Below, one piece after another: positions 25,801 through 39,246 of a DNA stretch of 64,000 bases. This DNA comes from the human T2T-CHM13v2.0 reference genome, Homo sapiens: the NCBI RefSeq assembly GCF_009914755.1, contig NC_060927.1. One strand, 5' to 3'. The stretch's first letter is position 1. Each line of letters begins with the position of its first letter. The notes below the pieces were generated by a model that made no database searches, had not been told where the DNA came from, and saw nothing but the letters and a program-made list of their open reading frames with translations. The translations under genes were made by a program, and so were the position numbers.

Positions 25801-27169
25801 TCCAGGATTTTCAAGGGCTGCTCCTCAGAATGAAAAAGGCAGTCAAAATGAGAAACCAGAAAACACAAGCCAGGTAGCTGTGGGAGGCAGGGAGCCACAG
25901 GGCAGCATAGAGGCTGCAAGCAGAGGCAGAAAGGGAAGGAGGAATCAATGTGTGGGAGGGGACTAAGGAGACAGAAAGAATGAGAGGAACTCTAGGACAT
26001 TTTTCTGCCTGATGATTTGGATAAACACCTGTACCAGTCTCAAAAAGAAAACTCTGTTAGAGTGTCTAGGGATGCACACTTAGGTGATAAAATTATATAA
26101 AATAACTCAAGGACATGATGGCTGCAGAAGTGGGAAGGTGGATACTTTTGAAAGAAGTATCCCTCTAAAGGATGGAGGGGTGGTGATGGGTCAGGGCACA
26201 TGAAGACCTCAGAGAGGGTCAGCAATGTTCTGCTTCTTCTTGTAGGCAGTAGTTACAAAAGTGTTTGCTATATAAATAATTCATTAAGTTGTTTTGGTTT
26301 TGTTTGTTTTGTAGTTTGGTATTTGTGTTTATTGTAAACACTTACCTGTATCTGAGTTACAGATGTGCCTTCTTTTTCAAGGATAGATGGTGGACATGTG
26401 GAAGTTGGAGGTAAGTTTCCAGGTAGCTCCAGTTATACATGAAAGAGCAAAGCATACTGGGGAGCATTCGGAAGGTCACTGTGGTGGAGAGGGGGCAGGT
26501 TGCTGTAAGGAGATCCAGATTGCGACAGAGAGAGGTAGGCAAATGGGGAACCTCAGAAAGATCCTAGGGGAAGTGGGGCTCCTCCCAAATGTGGCCCTTA
26601 TTTCCACGACTTCCATCCAGGAGTGGTTATCACTGCCTCACGAAGTTCTGGGTGACAACAGCGGGTAACCCTTATTCACACGTAAGGTAATGAGAGCAAC
26701 ATCATTCTTGGCAAGGGAGAAACCTGAAGCCTCCCCACTTCAGTGTGGGGTGACTCAGGGGGTTATCTTCAAACAAAGGACTGATGCTCTTTCAAAGAAG
26801 AAAAGGAGGAGGATGGAGGAGGAGGAGGAGAAGAAGGAAAAATAATGGGCCAACCTTATGTGAGATTCATTTGCTGCTGGGACAAGGTGTTCACTCAAGT
26901 TTTCTGGCTCAGCACGTTTGAAATACTTGTCCCCTGGGAACAAAGGGCCGATGTCTAATGGCTTGGAGAAGGAAGTACACACAGTGCCCTGCAGTGAAAC
27001 CAAAAGAGCATTTGTAACCCCCCACCAACCCCATCTCTTCCAGGAATTTATCACACAGGCAGCATCAGGGCAGCCACTGGGTTCACGGTGTCCTTGCTGC
27101 TCTCCTGAGGCTGCCATTTTCTCTCTTTGGTCTTGACTCCTGCAGGGTCAACACCACAGTGTTGTCAAA

Positions 27170-27395
27170 AGAGGGCTTGCATTAAGCTGAACTGGGCCCC
27201 TGTCCTGGCATTGACACTCATAATCTCCATGACCGTGTGTAAATGATTGAGTACCACTGGTCCTTACCTATAAAATGAGAACAATAACATCTCACTCAGA
27301 GGGTTCTTGCATAGATTAAATGAAGTAATTCTGTGAAGCACCTGTCATTTAGTAGGTACTCAGGAAATCAGAGTGTGTGTTATTGTTATAATTAG
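27170..27395 (+). mobile_element. MIR
   Basis: CCTATAAAATGAGAACAATAAC...GATTAAATGAAGTAAT...TAGTAGGTACTCA. Confidence 0.75.
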
Positions 27396-27409
27396 GTGGA
27401 ATTCATAAG

Positions 27410-28060
27410 CACTTTTTAAAATCTCACAATGAGATAACTTCCAGAATACCTAAAATCAAAAAGATCTACAATGCCTAAGGGTGGTGAGAATGTGGAGCAA
27501 TCAGAATTCCCATAGATCCTGGTGGAAAGGTGAATTGAAGCTGAACATATGCACCCGTACAAGCTAGCAATTCCACTCCTAGATCTAACATAAACCTGAC
27601 AGAATATACTTGTACGTCCCAAAAAATAAGAATAGTCATAGCAACATTTTTCATAATAGCCCGAAATTGGAAATGTCCATCAATAGTAGAATCAATCAAT
27701 AAATTGTGGTGTATTCACGCAGTGGAATATTACACAACAATGTGATTGAATAGATTCCTACTCCATTCAACAGCAGGGATAAACCACATTAACCAAGAAT
27801 TGAGTAGAAGAAGTCAGACATGAAGGAGCACATCCAGTATGCATCCATTTATGTGCATTTCAAAAACAGGCAAAACTCACCAACAGGATTGGTAGTCAGG
27901 AAAACGGTTACCCCTGGGGCAGAGACAATGGGTTGGTGATTAGGAAGGGACATAAGAGGGGCCTCTGGAGTTCTGCAATATCCTATTTATTAAGCTGGGT
28001 AGGAGTTACTGGGTAGTTTCTGCATATGTTTAATGTTTAAAAAAGATTAAACAGGAAGGG
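27410..28060 (+). mobile_element. L1ME 3' fragment
   Basis: GGTGAGAATGTGGAGCAATCAGAATTC; CTAGCAATTCCACTCCTAG; AAATTGTGGTGTATTCAC; TCAAAAACAGGCAAAACT. Confidence 0.85.
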
Positions 28061-28179
28061 AGAATTTTTAAATAAGCAATTAAATTCTGATGCTCCCTGA
28101 GATATAAACTCCGACCCATATAATCAACTGTCTATCTTCTCCTAAAGTCTCCAGAAAGATTCTCTTATTTCTTAATGGT

Positions 28180-28548
28180 AGTAGCCAGCCTTAACTGAGC
28201 ACTGTGTCAGGCATGCCTCTAAGTGGATAACAAGTATTAATTTCTTTAATCCTTATGACATTTTAGGAATAGACTAACCATTCTTTGTGTGCTGGGTTTA
28301 GTACCAATTTATGCCTATGATCCCAGCAAAACTTACGGCACCCAGTGCTCCTTTTACTCTCAAAAGTGCCTGAGTTTGAAGCATATTCACCCTGCCTATG
28401 AGGTGGGAACCATTATTATTATCACTTTTTAAGTGAATGATGCACAGAGAGTTTAGGTAATTTGTCCAAGGTCTTGAAGCCAGTAAGTAGTAATGTGAGA
28501 ATTTGAACCTAGAGTCTATCTCATCACCACTAGGCTATTCTGCCTTTC
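28180..28548 (-). mobile_element. MIR interrupted by a MER94-like hAT-Blackjack element (~28270-28394)
   Basis: MIR motifs on both sides (TTTAATCCTTATGACA | CCTATGAGGTGGG...TGCACAGAGAGTTTAGGTAATTTGTCCAAGGTC); insert carries CCTTTTACTCTCAAAAGTGCC...TCACCCTG. Confidence 0.7.
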
Positions 28549-28859
28549 TGGTCCAATTCTCACTATTCTTAAGATTCAGAAAAATTCTTAATGTCTATTT
28601 TTCTGCTGCTGCCACTTTAACTCATTTTCTATTGTCCCACAATTCCTGACAATAGGAGAGCTGCTCATCTATCACAGTAAGGCCATATCTGACCCTCCTC
28701 CCTTACGATGGCCTCTTTGCGTGTTCAGGATGTGAGCAGAACCCATCCTCTCCCTTCTCTTTTTAAAATGGTAAATACACTCCTTTTCACATTGACATTT
28801 GTCCTCACTCCATGTGTTCTCCAAAGCTTTAGTTGTGTCTGTGGATCTGTTTCCCATTT

Positions 28860-29350
28860 TGCATTCATTCCTTCATTACATCATTCAGTGAGCCCCTGCT
28901 AGTTGCCAGGCACTGCTGGCCTAGCTGGCAATAAAGTATAGAAAACAAGACAAGTACAGCCCATGTTCTCAGGAGCATCCAGTCCCAGAGGAAAAGGGAC
29001 GCTAAGGAAATGATGGCATGAGCAATGATTATTAACATTATGATAAGGATTGTAAAGAATGTAACAGGGGACTTGATGGAGTCTGAGTTAACTTCTAAAG
29101 GATGATTATCAGCATTGCACTGGTGAAGGGGTAGGGAAGGGTGTTCCGGGCAGAAGGAACAGTGTATGTAGAAACTCTGAGGATGAAAGGAGCTTTGGAG
29201 AGTGGTGCTATGCAAGGCCGATAAAAAAGACAGGGGAGCTAGCTAGATCTTAACAGGGCCTGTCACCCAAATAAGGAGTTCAGTTATTATTCTAAGTGCA
29301 ATGGAAAGTATTTGACTCATTTAGCAGGGGAATGGCATAATTCTATCTCC
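28860..29350 (-). mobile_element. L2 3' fragment
   Basis: CATTCATTCCTTCATT...TGCCAGGCACTG...; GTGTTCCGGGCAGAAGGAACAG; TATTCTAAGTGCAATGGAAAG. Confidence 0.85.
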
Positions 29351-30509
29351 ATGCAATGCTTCAATTCCTGGCTTTCAAATTGCTGAATACTCTAAGCTAA
29401 GTGAAGAAGGAAGCCACCTCCATTCATTCATATATCCCAAGAGTATAGAACATTTTTAGAATACTTTAAGAACATTTTCACAAAAGAGCAGCCTACCCCA
29501 AATGCCCTTAGTTACCAAAAACTTCATTATCTTTTTCAATAACATATTGCCAACTAGTATACAGTGACTAAATTTATCAAAAGTTCTGGATCACAGCCAC
29601 CAGTTGCATAATTCCACTTTTCACCTTGTAGCCTGTTGTACTGAAAAAGAGCACTATTTACATAAACAACAAGAATGGTGCCGTCTGTCGTTGAGCAATG
29701 CAGTGGCCCTGCATATAGGTTCAGCCTCTGTCTACTAAGATTTGTATATTTATTTTTATATTTGTATGTTGCTACTTTTGTTGATTTATGAATCTGTGCT
29801 CTTAACTTATTCTAAAAATGATTTAAGGAGGCTTACAAAGACAGAGCAAATAGAACAAGATAACAGAAAGAAAACAAAAATTCAAGGGAAGAGGGAAATA
29901 AAAGGGAAAACAAGGGTAGGGCCTTACAAATGATTCAGGAATGAGGTTATTACGTAAATGCATTCCTGGTGTTTTGTACACTTGGCTTTAACTTTTCCAG
30001 CAGTCAATATTGCTGGGATTTGAGGGGACTAATTAATCAGATCCCTCCTCAGAAGGTTCAGAACCAATTGAGTAATAGAGCCAAGAAGAAAATTAAAATG
30101 CTCTTTATGTTCTAGCACTGGAAAAACTGGATTGGAGAACTGGACTTGGATCTAAGACATAAAATATCTTTCCTCCATGAAGTGCATTGATTTACCCCCA
30201 GCCACAGGCAGAACGTGTAGACTGCACTCTCCAAAAAGCAGATCTGCTGGTCAGTCCACACATCACCTGTGGGAGACAAAATCGAGAATACTAACATCCT
30301 TGCCCTGAGGGTTAGTAGTCCCAAGGTAGGACACACTGACAGACAGTGGCTATTGTTCCAACATCATCATCCGTTAGGTTATACCCCACTTCAGGAAGTT
30401 GCTTATAAAAGGCAGAAAGAAGGGTAGAAACACAGGTACAGTCACACCTTTCTAAACTGTTCAAGTACACAGCTCTTTGCTCGTCTAACCTAAGCAAGCA
30501 TATATTTTG

Positions 30510-30670
30510 CAGTGCTTCTCAAATGTTTATGTGCATACAAATCACCTGAAGATCTCATTGAAATGCAGATTCCAATCCATACACCTAGGGAGGGGGTTGT
30601 GTTCTATATTTCAAAGACCTTGCAGGTGATGCTGAGGCTGCTGGCTGACAGATCACACTTGAGGAGAAAT
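30510..30670. mobile_element. MER5A-type hAT-Charlie MITE
   Basis: CAGTGCTTCTCAAA...AATCACCTGAAGATCTCATTGAAATGCAGATTCC...CAGGTGATGCTGAGGCTGCTGG. Confidence 0.85.
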
Positions 30671-30690
30671 AAAAGCTAGAGCATCTGGAA

Positions 30691-31270
30691 TAGAGGTCCC
30701 AAACTAGGGATCACATCCAACTCTTGACTTCAGGGGGTCTGCGTGCTTAGACGACAAAAACGAACACCTCTATTCTTTACCACCTCTAACTGAATTGCTT
30801 ATTTCTTTCAATTATGAAGTAGGAACGGACCACAGTAGTATGTGCAGTAACTGTGACTTTATCACCAATCAAAATCTCATACCTTTTCCTATCACTTTAC
30901 AGTTGTTGCAGATATCACCAAATATTACTTTATGACATGTTTATAATAATCTCTAAACACCATGACTCCTGGGGAATTACAGTAGTGATTAGACCCACTG
31001 CCAGCTCTTGTTATTTAATCTGTTAATAAAGAGATTTGTACCTTACTATTTTACAAATTAATGTGTTAATAAAGAGGTGTGTACTATTACTATTTCACAA
31101 ATTTGATATCTTAAATATTTTGATAGCTGTATTTTACTATAATTGAGTTTTTTTGTAATCCTATGTGTTTTAGTTTTTATGCATTTAAAAGTATTATTCT
31201 TGGAAAGAGTTCTTAGGTATCACAAGAATTCCAGGAGGGCATGGCACAGAAAAGGTTAAAAACACTTGAT
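30691..31270. mobile_element. hAT-Charlie element (MER113-like) with internal ~43-bp duplication at ~31021-31103
   Basis: Ends CATGGCACAGAAAAGGTTAAAAACACTTG; internal TTTATGCATTTAAAAGTATTATTCT. Confidence 0.7.
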
Positions 31271-31307
31271 GTAGAAGAAAGGGCTACCAGAAGTAGCCAC
31301 TCTCCCA

Positions 31308-31530
31308 TGGTAGTGACGGTACGCTCGGTGACTGCATGCTGGAGCCAGACTGCCTGGGTCTGAATTCTCCTTCCTACTTAGGTGTGAGACCGTGGACAAA
31401 TGCTTACTCTCCCTAGACCTTAACATCGTGTAATACAAAGGAGTGGTTAAAGGATTTAATCAGTTACTGTTTTTAAGATGCACAGAGTAGTGCCTGGGTC
31501 AGAGTGAATACATTATAGTAGAAAATGTGA
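31308..31530 (+). mobile_element. MIR
   Basis: CTGGAGCCAGACTGCCTGGGTCTGAATTC...GTGTGAGACCGTGGACAAATGCTTA. Confidence 0.8.
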
Positions 31531-32313
31531 GTACTACATTCAGAAACTCAAACCACCATCTATTCAATGCCCATCTGGGAAACTGAGATAAATATTGCAA
31601 AATCCCTGTTCTCATCAAGTCCGTGGATTCAATGGGAGATATAGCAAGCAAGTAAACTGAAATGATGAACTAAGTCTCAGAAGGTAGGTAGGCACTGTGG
31701 GAATCCAGAGGAAGAAACTCCTGGCTGAGTAGGAAAAGGGAAAAAAGCTTTGCAAAATGCTCATCAAACACCTCCCCAAATCATTTCAACGTAGGCAAAT
31801 GCAACCCATTTCCTCCTTGTGGCTTCTGCTGATTTCTTACTTCAATTCCCCCAAAAGCTCAGCATGCCTATGAAAATTCAATGCCCAGACTCCTTGCTAG
31901 CATTTTTCTATTTTATTAGAGTTATTCACATCTATTCTCCACTCCACTGGATGCTGGCTTTCCACAATACCATAACTGCCTGACAGGTTTGTGTCAATGC
32001 CAACACCTTGCCAGGACTAAAGGAATACCTTTCTTCCTGCAACCCAGGAAATGGCAGGCTGACACCACAGTGCTGCCCCAGTCTTCTTGGGCACAGAGAC
32101 CCTCCAGCCTCCAGGGCAAGGTCAGCAAACAACTACCACAGGAAAGCAGCCCTGAGCCAGACATGAACATCATCACTATTTCCTCTTGGCTCCAGTGCCA
32201 GCTATTTGGAGATTCCTGGATATTTCTGTTGGGCGATTAGTGTTAGTAACAAAGATAGCTCCCATTTACTGGGCTTCACTGCATGCCAGGCACTGCATGC
32301 TGTACTTCCTATT

Positions 32314-32701
32314 TGTATTAATCTGCTAGGGTTGCCATAAAAAAACACCACAGTCTGGGCATCTTAGACAACAGGAATTTATATTCTCACGGTTCTGGAA
32401 CCTAGAAGTCCAAGATCAAGTTGTCCACAGGTTTGGTTTTTTCTGAGGCCCCTCTCCTTGCCTGTAGATAACCATCTTCTCCCTGTGTCTTCACATGGTC
32501 TTCCTTCTATGCCTGTCTATGCCCTAATCTCCTATTATAAGGAAGCCAGTCATATTGGATTGGAACCTACTGCCAACAACCTTATTTCTGTTTAGTTACC
32601 TCTTTAAAGACCTTATCTCCAAATATGGTTACATTCTGAGGTACTGGAGTTTAGGGCTTCAACACATGAGTTTGATGTGAGACACAGTTCAGCCCATAAC
32701 A
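32314..32701 (-). mobile_element. MaLR solo LTR (MLT1A/B) splitting a minus-strand MIR (~32250-32313, 32702-32850)
   Basis: TGTATTAATCTGCTAGGGTTGCCATAA...TCTCACGGTTCTGGAACCTAGAAGTCCAAGATCAAG...GACACAGTTCAGCCCATAACA. Confidence 0.9.
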
Positions 32702-33511
32702 TTATCCAAGCCACAGGGAGCTATTGAAGATGAAGATCCCATGGCTCTGATAGATTAAGTAACTTGCCTAAGCTCACATGGTCAGGGGAGCTGAGAGTTG
32801 GAGCCAGAACACTCTGAGTCCACAACCAGTGCTCTGCCCACTCCACTAGCTTTTTCCTGGCCTGGTCCTTGGACTTTCTTAGGGGATCCCCAGGTCCTTC
32901 CCCCAGAACATCTGAATCAGAGTCCCAGAGGAAGGGGCTTGGGATTCTGCATATTTACAAACTCCTTGAATGCATCACAAGAACCTCTTCCCTACACCAC
33001 ACAGACTCCTACTACAGCTCCCATCCCAAGTCCTAGTCCTTTTAATGCCTCACCTCAGGGGATGTGGGAGCCCTGTGTGCAGAGTCTCCCTCCCCAGGGG
33101 TACCTGCTTTTCCCTGGAGAAGCTGATCTGCAGCAGGACCTGATGCTTACCTTGGGTTCCCAGGCAGGTTGTAGAGTGACTCACCCCCATCAGGCCCTTC
33201 CCAGGCCCTCCCCGTCCTTCCTTCCAGATGTAACTTCCCCACAGCTTAGTCCCAGCCTCTGAAGCCTACTCCACCGGTGGACCCTGAGTGGCTTCACCAG
33301 TGACCTGAAAGCTCGAGAATGGTATAGGCCAGAGAACATCTCCTCTGGTAGAAGCAGAGTTGGAGGCTGAGCTCAGCCAGCCTGCTTCCCCCGAACACTT
33401 CCCTCGGACACCAGTCCCAGAAGCCCTGAGAACACCAAGGTTTCCCTCAAAACTCAGTTTGAAAACCACTGTAGGAAACTGTGTATAAGCTGGATTTACC
33501 CTAGAGTCTAC

Positions 33512-34115
<604 letters not shown>

Positions 34116-34149
34116 TCACTTTTTTGGCTATTTAAATATAAACTAATGA

Positions 34150-34312
34150 CAATTTAAAAAAATTAAAAATCAATTATTCAGTGGCACTAACCACATTTAA
34201 AATGTCTCGTATATACCTCAGGTGTCTACCTATACATCAGGTTACCACATTAGACAGTGCAGATGTAGAACATTACTAGCATTGCAGCAAGTTCTATTGG
34301 ACAGGGCTGCTC
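34150..34312. mobile_element. MER3/MER33-type hAT-Charlie fragment
   Basis: ACAGTGCAGATGTAGAACATT...AAGTTCTATTGGACAGGGCTG. Confidence 0.8.
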
Positions 34313-34394
34313 TAGATACTAGGTCCTTTCCCCTTTCACAGTTCTAGATAAACATGGTTCAGATTATCTTCTTGGGCTTACCATTTTTAAGCTC

Positions 34395-34592
34395 CTTATG
34401 TTTATTAGTGGCTTTCTGGGTGCCAGACTACTAAGCATTTTTGACATGTTATTTCATTAAATAACCACAATGGCCCTATGAGATAGGAATAATTAATGTT
34501 CTCATTTTACAGATGAGAAAACTTAGGCTCAAGGAGGTTAAGTGCACGAAGAGCTGGTCTGGCTTCCAAGCCTAGCCCTTAGCCCTGTTATT
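34395..34592 (-). mobile_element. MIR
   Basis: CTCATTTTACAGATGAGAAAACTTAGGCTCAAGGAGGTTAAGT. Confidence 0.9.
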
Positions 34593-34593
34593 T

Positions 34594-34850
34594 GAGGCAG
34601 CATAGCAGAGGCATGAAGAGCATAGACTCAAGGGTCTGCCCATGTGGGTTCCAATCCTGGCCCTACCACTTTCCAACTCTGCGACATTGGGCAAGTCATC
34701 AGTTATCTATGTTGTGATTTCCTTATACGTAAAATAAGGATAACAACAAAACCTGCCCATGTGGTCATTAAGAGGATTGAATTAATTAAAATACATACAG
34801 CATTTGGGATGACGATTAGCACTCAGTAGGCTCAATATAAATGTTTCCCA
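34594..34850 (+). mobile_element. MIR, near full length
   Basis: GAGGCAGCATAGC...GGGTTCCAATCCTGGCCCTACCACTT...TTGGGCAAGTCA...GCTCAATATAAATGTT. Confidence 0.9.
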
Positions 34851-35755
34851 TTTTATACCCTTTTTTTCACTCCCATCTCAAACGCTTTTGAGTAAGACAC
34901 AAGTTTCTCAGAAATAAAAGCACATGTCCTGAATAATTAGACATTTATTCGTCCCCTTATTTCCTGTCTCAACATCCCCTGATTCCCCATGAAGCACAAG
35001 CCCCACCCCTACAGCTGCTCTTTGCTATGTCACATACAACGACGAATAAGGTCTCCATGGTGTCAGACTTGATATTTCTGCTCAGACTTTTCTCTGCTGA
35101 TCTGTAAGTCACTTCATTTTCTTTCTAAACTAAGGACAGGAATATTTGAAGAAACAGAAGCACAGAATCATTGTCCCACTCCACGGGCTTGTTGGAAGAG
35201 GTAAATGATGTTAGATTCATAATTTGTTCCTACTCCTCACATTTTTTTCTTCGCTGCCTTTGAATGTTTCACGTCCCAGTCATAACAAGAAAGCAAGTGA
35301 TTTCTCAAGGAAACTCAAATAACATATTATCACTGTGAGAATCATCATGGCAAAAATCACTAAGTCTTGGTGTAAAAATCCATTAAGGGAAACTTAGTTT
35401 GGGAAGAATAGTTTTACACAGAAACGCAGGCTTGGCCAGACATAAGACTGTCTTTTCTGAGTGACGCAATTGGAAGACCCATCCCAATCTCAGGGGCTTT
35501 TCATCTCTTGGAGAAAAATTTCTTTTCTTTTTCAGCTCCATTCCCACTCCCCTACTCATCGCCACCATTTGACTCAAAGAAAATACTTCTACTTCTTTGA
35601 ATAAGAGGGAGGCCCACCTTACTCCACTTTCCGTAGACACCAACGTCTTCAGTACAAGCACCCATTGGCTATAGAGCTGGACAAGGAGTCCTTTTGGGTC
35701 CCATCCAGTAACACAAAATATAAGACCATATTCCATGGCCAGAAAAAGCTCTAAC

Positions 35756-35756
<1 letters not shown>

Positions 35757-35788
<32 letters not shown>

Positions 35789-35812
35789 ATACACACTTTC
35801 ACACAAACACAT
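35757..35812. repeat. (CA)n microsatellite
   Basis: Directly visible. Confidence 0.95.
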
Positions 35813-36209
35813 CTTCAACTTTGTTACTTTGTAATTATGCAGTTTTTCATTCTAAAATGACAAAATTTTTATTGAAGGTGAAAGTGTTAAGAACACTTTC
35901 CTGGTTACCCAAACCAACATTTTGTAAATGGACAGGATTTAGATGAGTAAAACCATAGTATCTATTCCAGGAGCATGAAAAAATTTTTCTTAGGTAGGTA
36001 TTGATCCTTAGAAATACAATTTTATTTTCTCAGACAATTAAAGGGAGATTACACCACTGGGCCTAAGAAGATGCTATCACTTCTTATCACTTGGTGTTCA
36101 GCAGATAGCTGTCTTAATTTAAAAGACCCCAAAGGTCAATGCTTATTTAGTTCCTTGCAATAATCTGTTTTGCCATAATTCTGCTCTTCTATTTAATTCC
36201 CTTATCTAG

Positions 36210-36610
36210 AGCAGCATTTTCCAATTTGTGTTTTGCAGAACAATAGATCCAAGAGGTGTTAATAAGTATCCTTGGGGTGGTGAAGAGTAAGTGTTTCTAT
36301 AAGCAAATAAGTGTGGGAAATGCTGGGCTAAAGGAAATTTGAAAGATTTAATTACTACAGGACTTCTCAGAGCCTTCTATATGCTAATGTGTGGTATGAA
36401 TCAGAGAGATGAACAGGACTAAAGAGATAAATTTGTAAAGTATATGGCACAGAAGTTGGTACATAGTAACAATTAATCAATGTTAGCTTTTATAATTATT
36501 AGCTATCATAATTTAAGGCTATCCCAAACTGATATGTTAAAAGTCTCCTTCTTCCATAGAACAATTCCCTAGACTTAATGCTCCATGAAACACACTTTGG
36601 GAAAGGCTAA
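36210..36610. mobile_element. MER103-like hAT-Charlie element with a small MIR piece inside
   Basis: AAATAAGTGTGGGAAATGCTGGG; GGACTTCTCAGAGCCTT; ends GAAACACACTTTGGGAAA. Confidence 0.65.
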
Positions 36611-36929
36611 TCTATTCATCATTCCTATTATTATTTAATAAGCATGTTTCCCATTTCTATGAGCAAAGAAATAAGGTAAAATGTGATACCCTGTGTGAGT
36701 ACACAAAATACAAAAGAATTTTATTCCTGATTTTGGAAGCATTTACAGTCTAGAAACAAGACTAGTTCCCATTTAGGCAGAACATCATTTATTCTACCTT
36801 CCTCACCAGAGCTGATGACTCTAATGGTTTTATATGGTCTTAATTACTTAATATCTATCTCAGAAATGGGCACCTCCATGCATGTGTCAAGGGAAGACCT
36901 TTTAGGACATAGAGAAAATTCACAAGTCA

Positions 36930-37640
36930 TATTCATGTATTCACTCATTCAAGCATTGATTCACTAAAATATGCACACAAATAGATATATCTGAAGAAGG
37001 CCCTATGTATCAAATACCATTCTAAGCACTGGGGATAAAACAATGAATCAAGTAGACTACGTTCCTGCCCTCATGGAGTTTTACATTCACGTGGGGAAGA
37101 AAGAATACACAGGAAAATAAGTAAATACAGTAGGTCAGTATAAGTGCCCTGGAAAAAAGTAAATTACAGCAAGGGAATTAGGGAGTTCCAGGGTGGTGTG
37201 GGAGTGGGGACATTACTTTAAATAAAGAAGTCAAGAAAGCTTCACTAACAAGGACATGTTTGAGCAGAGAGCTGAAAGTAGCAAAAGACAAATGGTGCAT
37301 CATGGGAAACTGGATTACAGCATTCAAATAAAGGCGAGAAGAGGGTAGCTAGGTGGAGCCAGCAGCAGGGAGAGTTATGGAAGATGTTAGAAGAGTAATG
37401 GGGTAGAATAAGGAATCAGATCATTTGGGGCCTTATAGTAATCGTAAGCACTTTGGCTTTTACTCTGGGGAGCCACTGCAGGGTTTTGAGCAAAGGTACA
37501 AAGCAATCTGATTTTTTTTTTTAAAGGATTGCACTGCCTGATGGATTGAGATTGGACATTGTGGCCTTGAAAAGAGTGGGAGCAGGGGCCAGAATCCAGG
37601 CACAAATGGCCACAGTGGCATGGACATAAGAGGCAGCAAT
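36930..37640 (-). mobile_element. L2 (L2a-like) 3' region
   Basis: CCATTCTAAGCACTGGGGATA; GTTCCTGCCCTCATGGAGTTTTACATTC; CTTTGGCTTTTACTCTG...GGAGCCACTGCAGGGTTTTGAGCA. Confidence 0.9.
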
Positions 37641-38313
37641 GGAGGAGGCTCCAGAAATGAAGATTCATTACAAAAGTGTAACAAAGGCTGCTCGCCATTC
37701 AACATTACCCTGCAAGGAGGGCTGATGTGTGAAGGAAAGCTGTCCTTCTAGGGTTGAAAATGTTTTAAGCCATAGTTGATTTTTGTTCAGTAGGTAAGTC
37801 AATCTTCAGCTTGTTAGCAATGTGCCACGTTCTTCCTACCCAAAGAAATTCATGCACTCAATATATAAATCAAGATGTCTGGTGAATTACCATAGCTGCA
37901 GGTGCCTGGCAACCAGGATTAGACTGATGGCCACTAATCTACGGGCTCCTGATTCCTTCTAGGGATGTAATGTGCTGTAAAGGGCATCCATATTCCTAAA
38001 ACAGTCCAAACAGAGGAGAAAACATTCAGTCATCATCTCATTCTGTCTGATTGGCTTTTGCTTCACGCATATAGAGGCCAACTCACTGTCCCAACCAGAT
38101 TCAGGTTGTACAGGTCACACCTTAGATAAGGAACTACACAAACTCATTATTGGCAGAAAGTTTTGAAGGATGGGTATAAGTTCTAAAGGCAGAATCAAAG
38201 AAACTGGTTATGAAAACAAAGGAAATGAAGGTGATCGATAGGTATCTGAAAGATCAATGCTAGAATAGAGAAGGAAAAAAATGTAAGCAAGAAACAGAGT
38301 AAAAGGGGTAATT

Positions 38314-38540
38314 CAAGGGCCAGCAGACTATTATCCATTGGTCAAATTGGCCTGCTGTTTTTTGTAAATGTTTTATTGGAAAACAGCCACACTCATTAAT
38401 CTACATGTTGTCTATGACTACTTTCCTGGTACAATGGCAGAGTTGAGCAGTTATGACAGAGACCATGTTATCCACAAAATCCTGAATATTTACTACTTGG
38501 TCATTTACAAAAAAAAAAAAAAAAAAATTGCCCACTCTCA
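38314..38540. mobile_element. MER58A (hAT-Charlie)
   Basis: TTTTGTAAATGTTTTATTGGAAAACAGCCACACTCATT; ACAATGGCAGAGTTGAGCAGTTATGACAGAGACCAT. Confidence 0.9.
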
Positions 38541-38887
38541 GTCTAGCTGTTCCCAAATGGTCTGGAGGACAAATTTCTGGTTGCTATTTCCTGCTTACCA
38601 GAGTATACAGCCTAGTTTACTATGGTGGGGCATGAGGACTGCTACAGAAATACCAACAAGTTTCAGAGATGTAGCCAGCATCACTTTCATTATGAAGAAG
38701 GCAGCAAGTCCTATAACAATAGTCCCAGCTCCTTAACTTGCCTGGCAAGGTACCAGACAGTGCCTATGCATCAGAACTTAACATTACACACAGAAGAGCA
38801 AAGAAACCATGGGAAACATGGAAGAGACAAGAGGAGGGGCAATGGAGAACTGCATCAGATCCTCAACACTATTTTCATCAAGTTCAC

Positions 38888-39246
38888 TGCTATGGACCGA
38901 ATCATGTCACCCTAAAATTCATGCGTTGAAGCCCTGCCCTCCAGTGTGATGGTATTCAAAATGGGGCCCTTGGGAGGTAATTAGGTTTAGGTAAGGTCAC
39001 CAGAGTGGGGCCCTCATAATGGGATTAGCACCCTTGTAGGAAGATTTCTCTCTTTCTTTCTTCACCATGTGAGGACACACCAAGAAGGCAGCCATCTGCA
39101 AGCCAGGAAAAGAGCCCTCAGCAGAACCTGACCATGCTGGCTCCCTGATCTCAGATTTCTAACCTCCAGAACTGTGAGAAAAATAAATTCTGTTTTTTCA
39201 GTCTGCACAGCCAGTTGTATTAATTATGGCAGCCTGAGCTAAAACA
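38888..39246 (+). mobile_element. MaLR solo LTR (MLT1A-like)
   Basis: TGCTATGGACCGAAT...AAAATTCATGCGTTGAAGCCCT...CCTCCAGAACTGTGAGAAAA; 5-bp TSD TTCAC/TTCAT. Confidence 0.92.

Noticed and set aside
32798-33262. 154-aa ORF
   Set aside because: TTG start within a MIR, crosses a MER5-like fragment; no homology recognised
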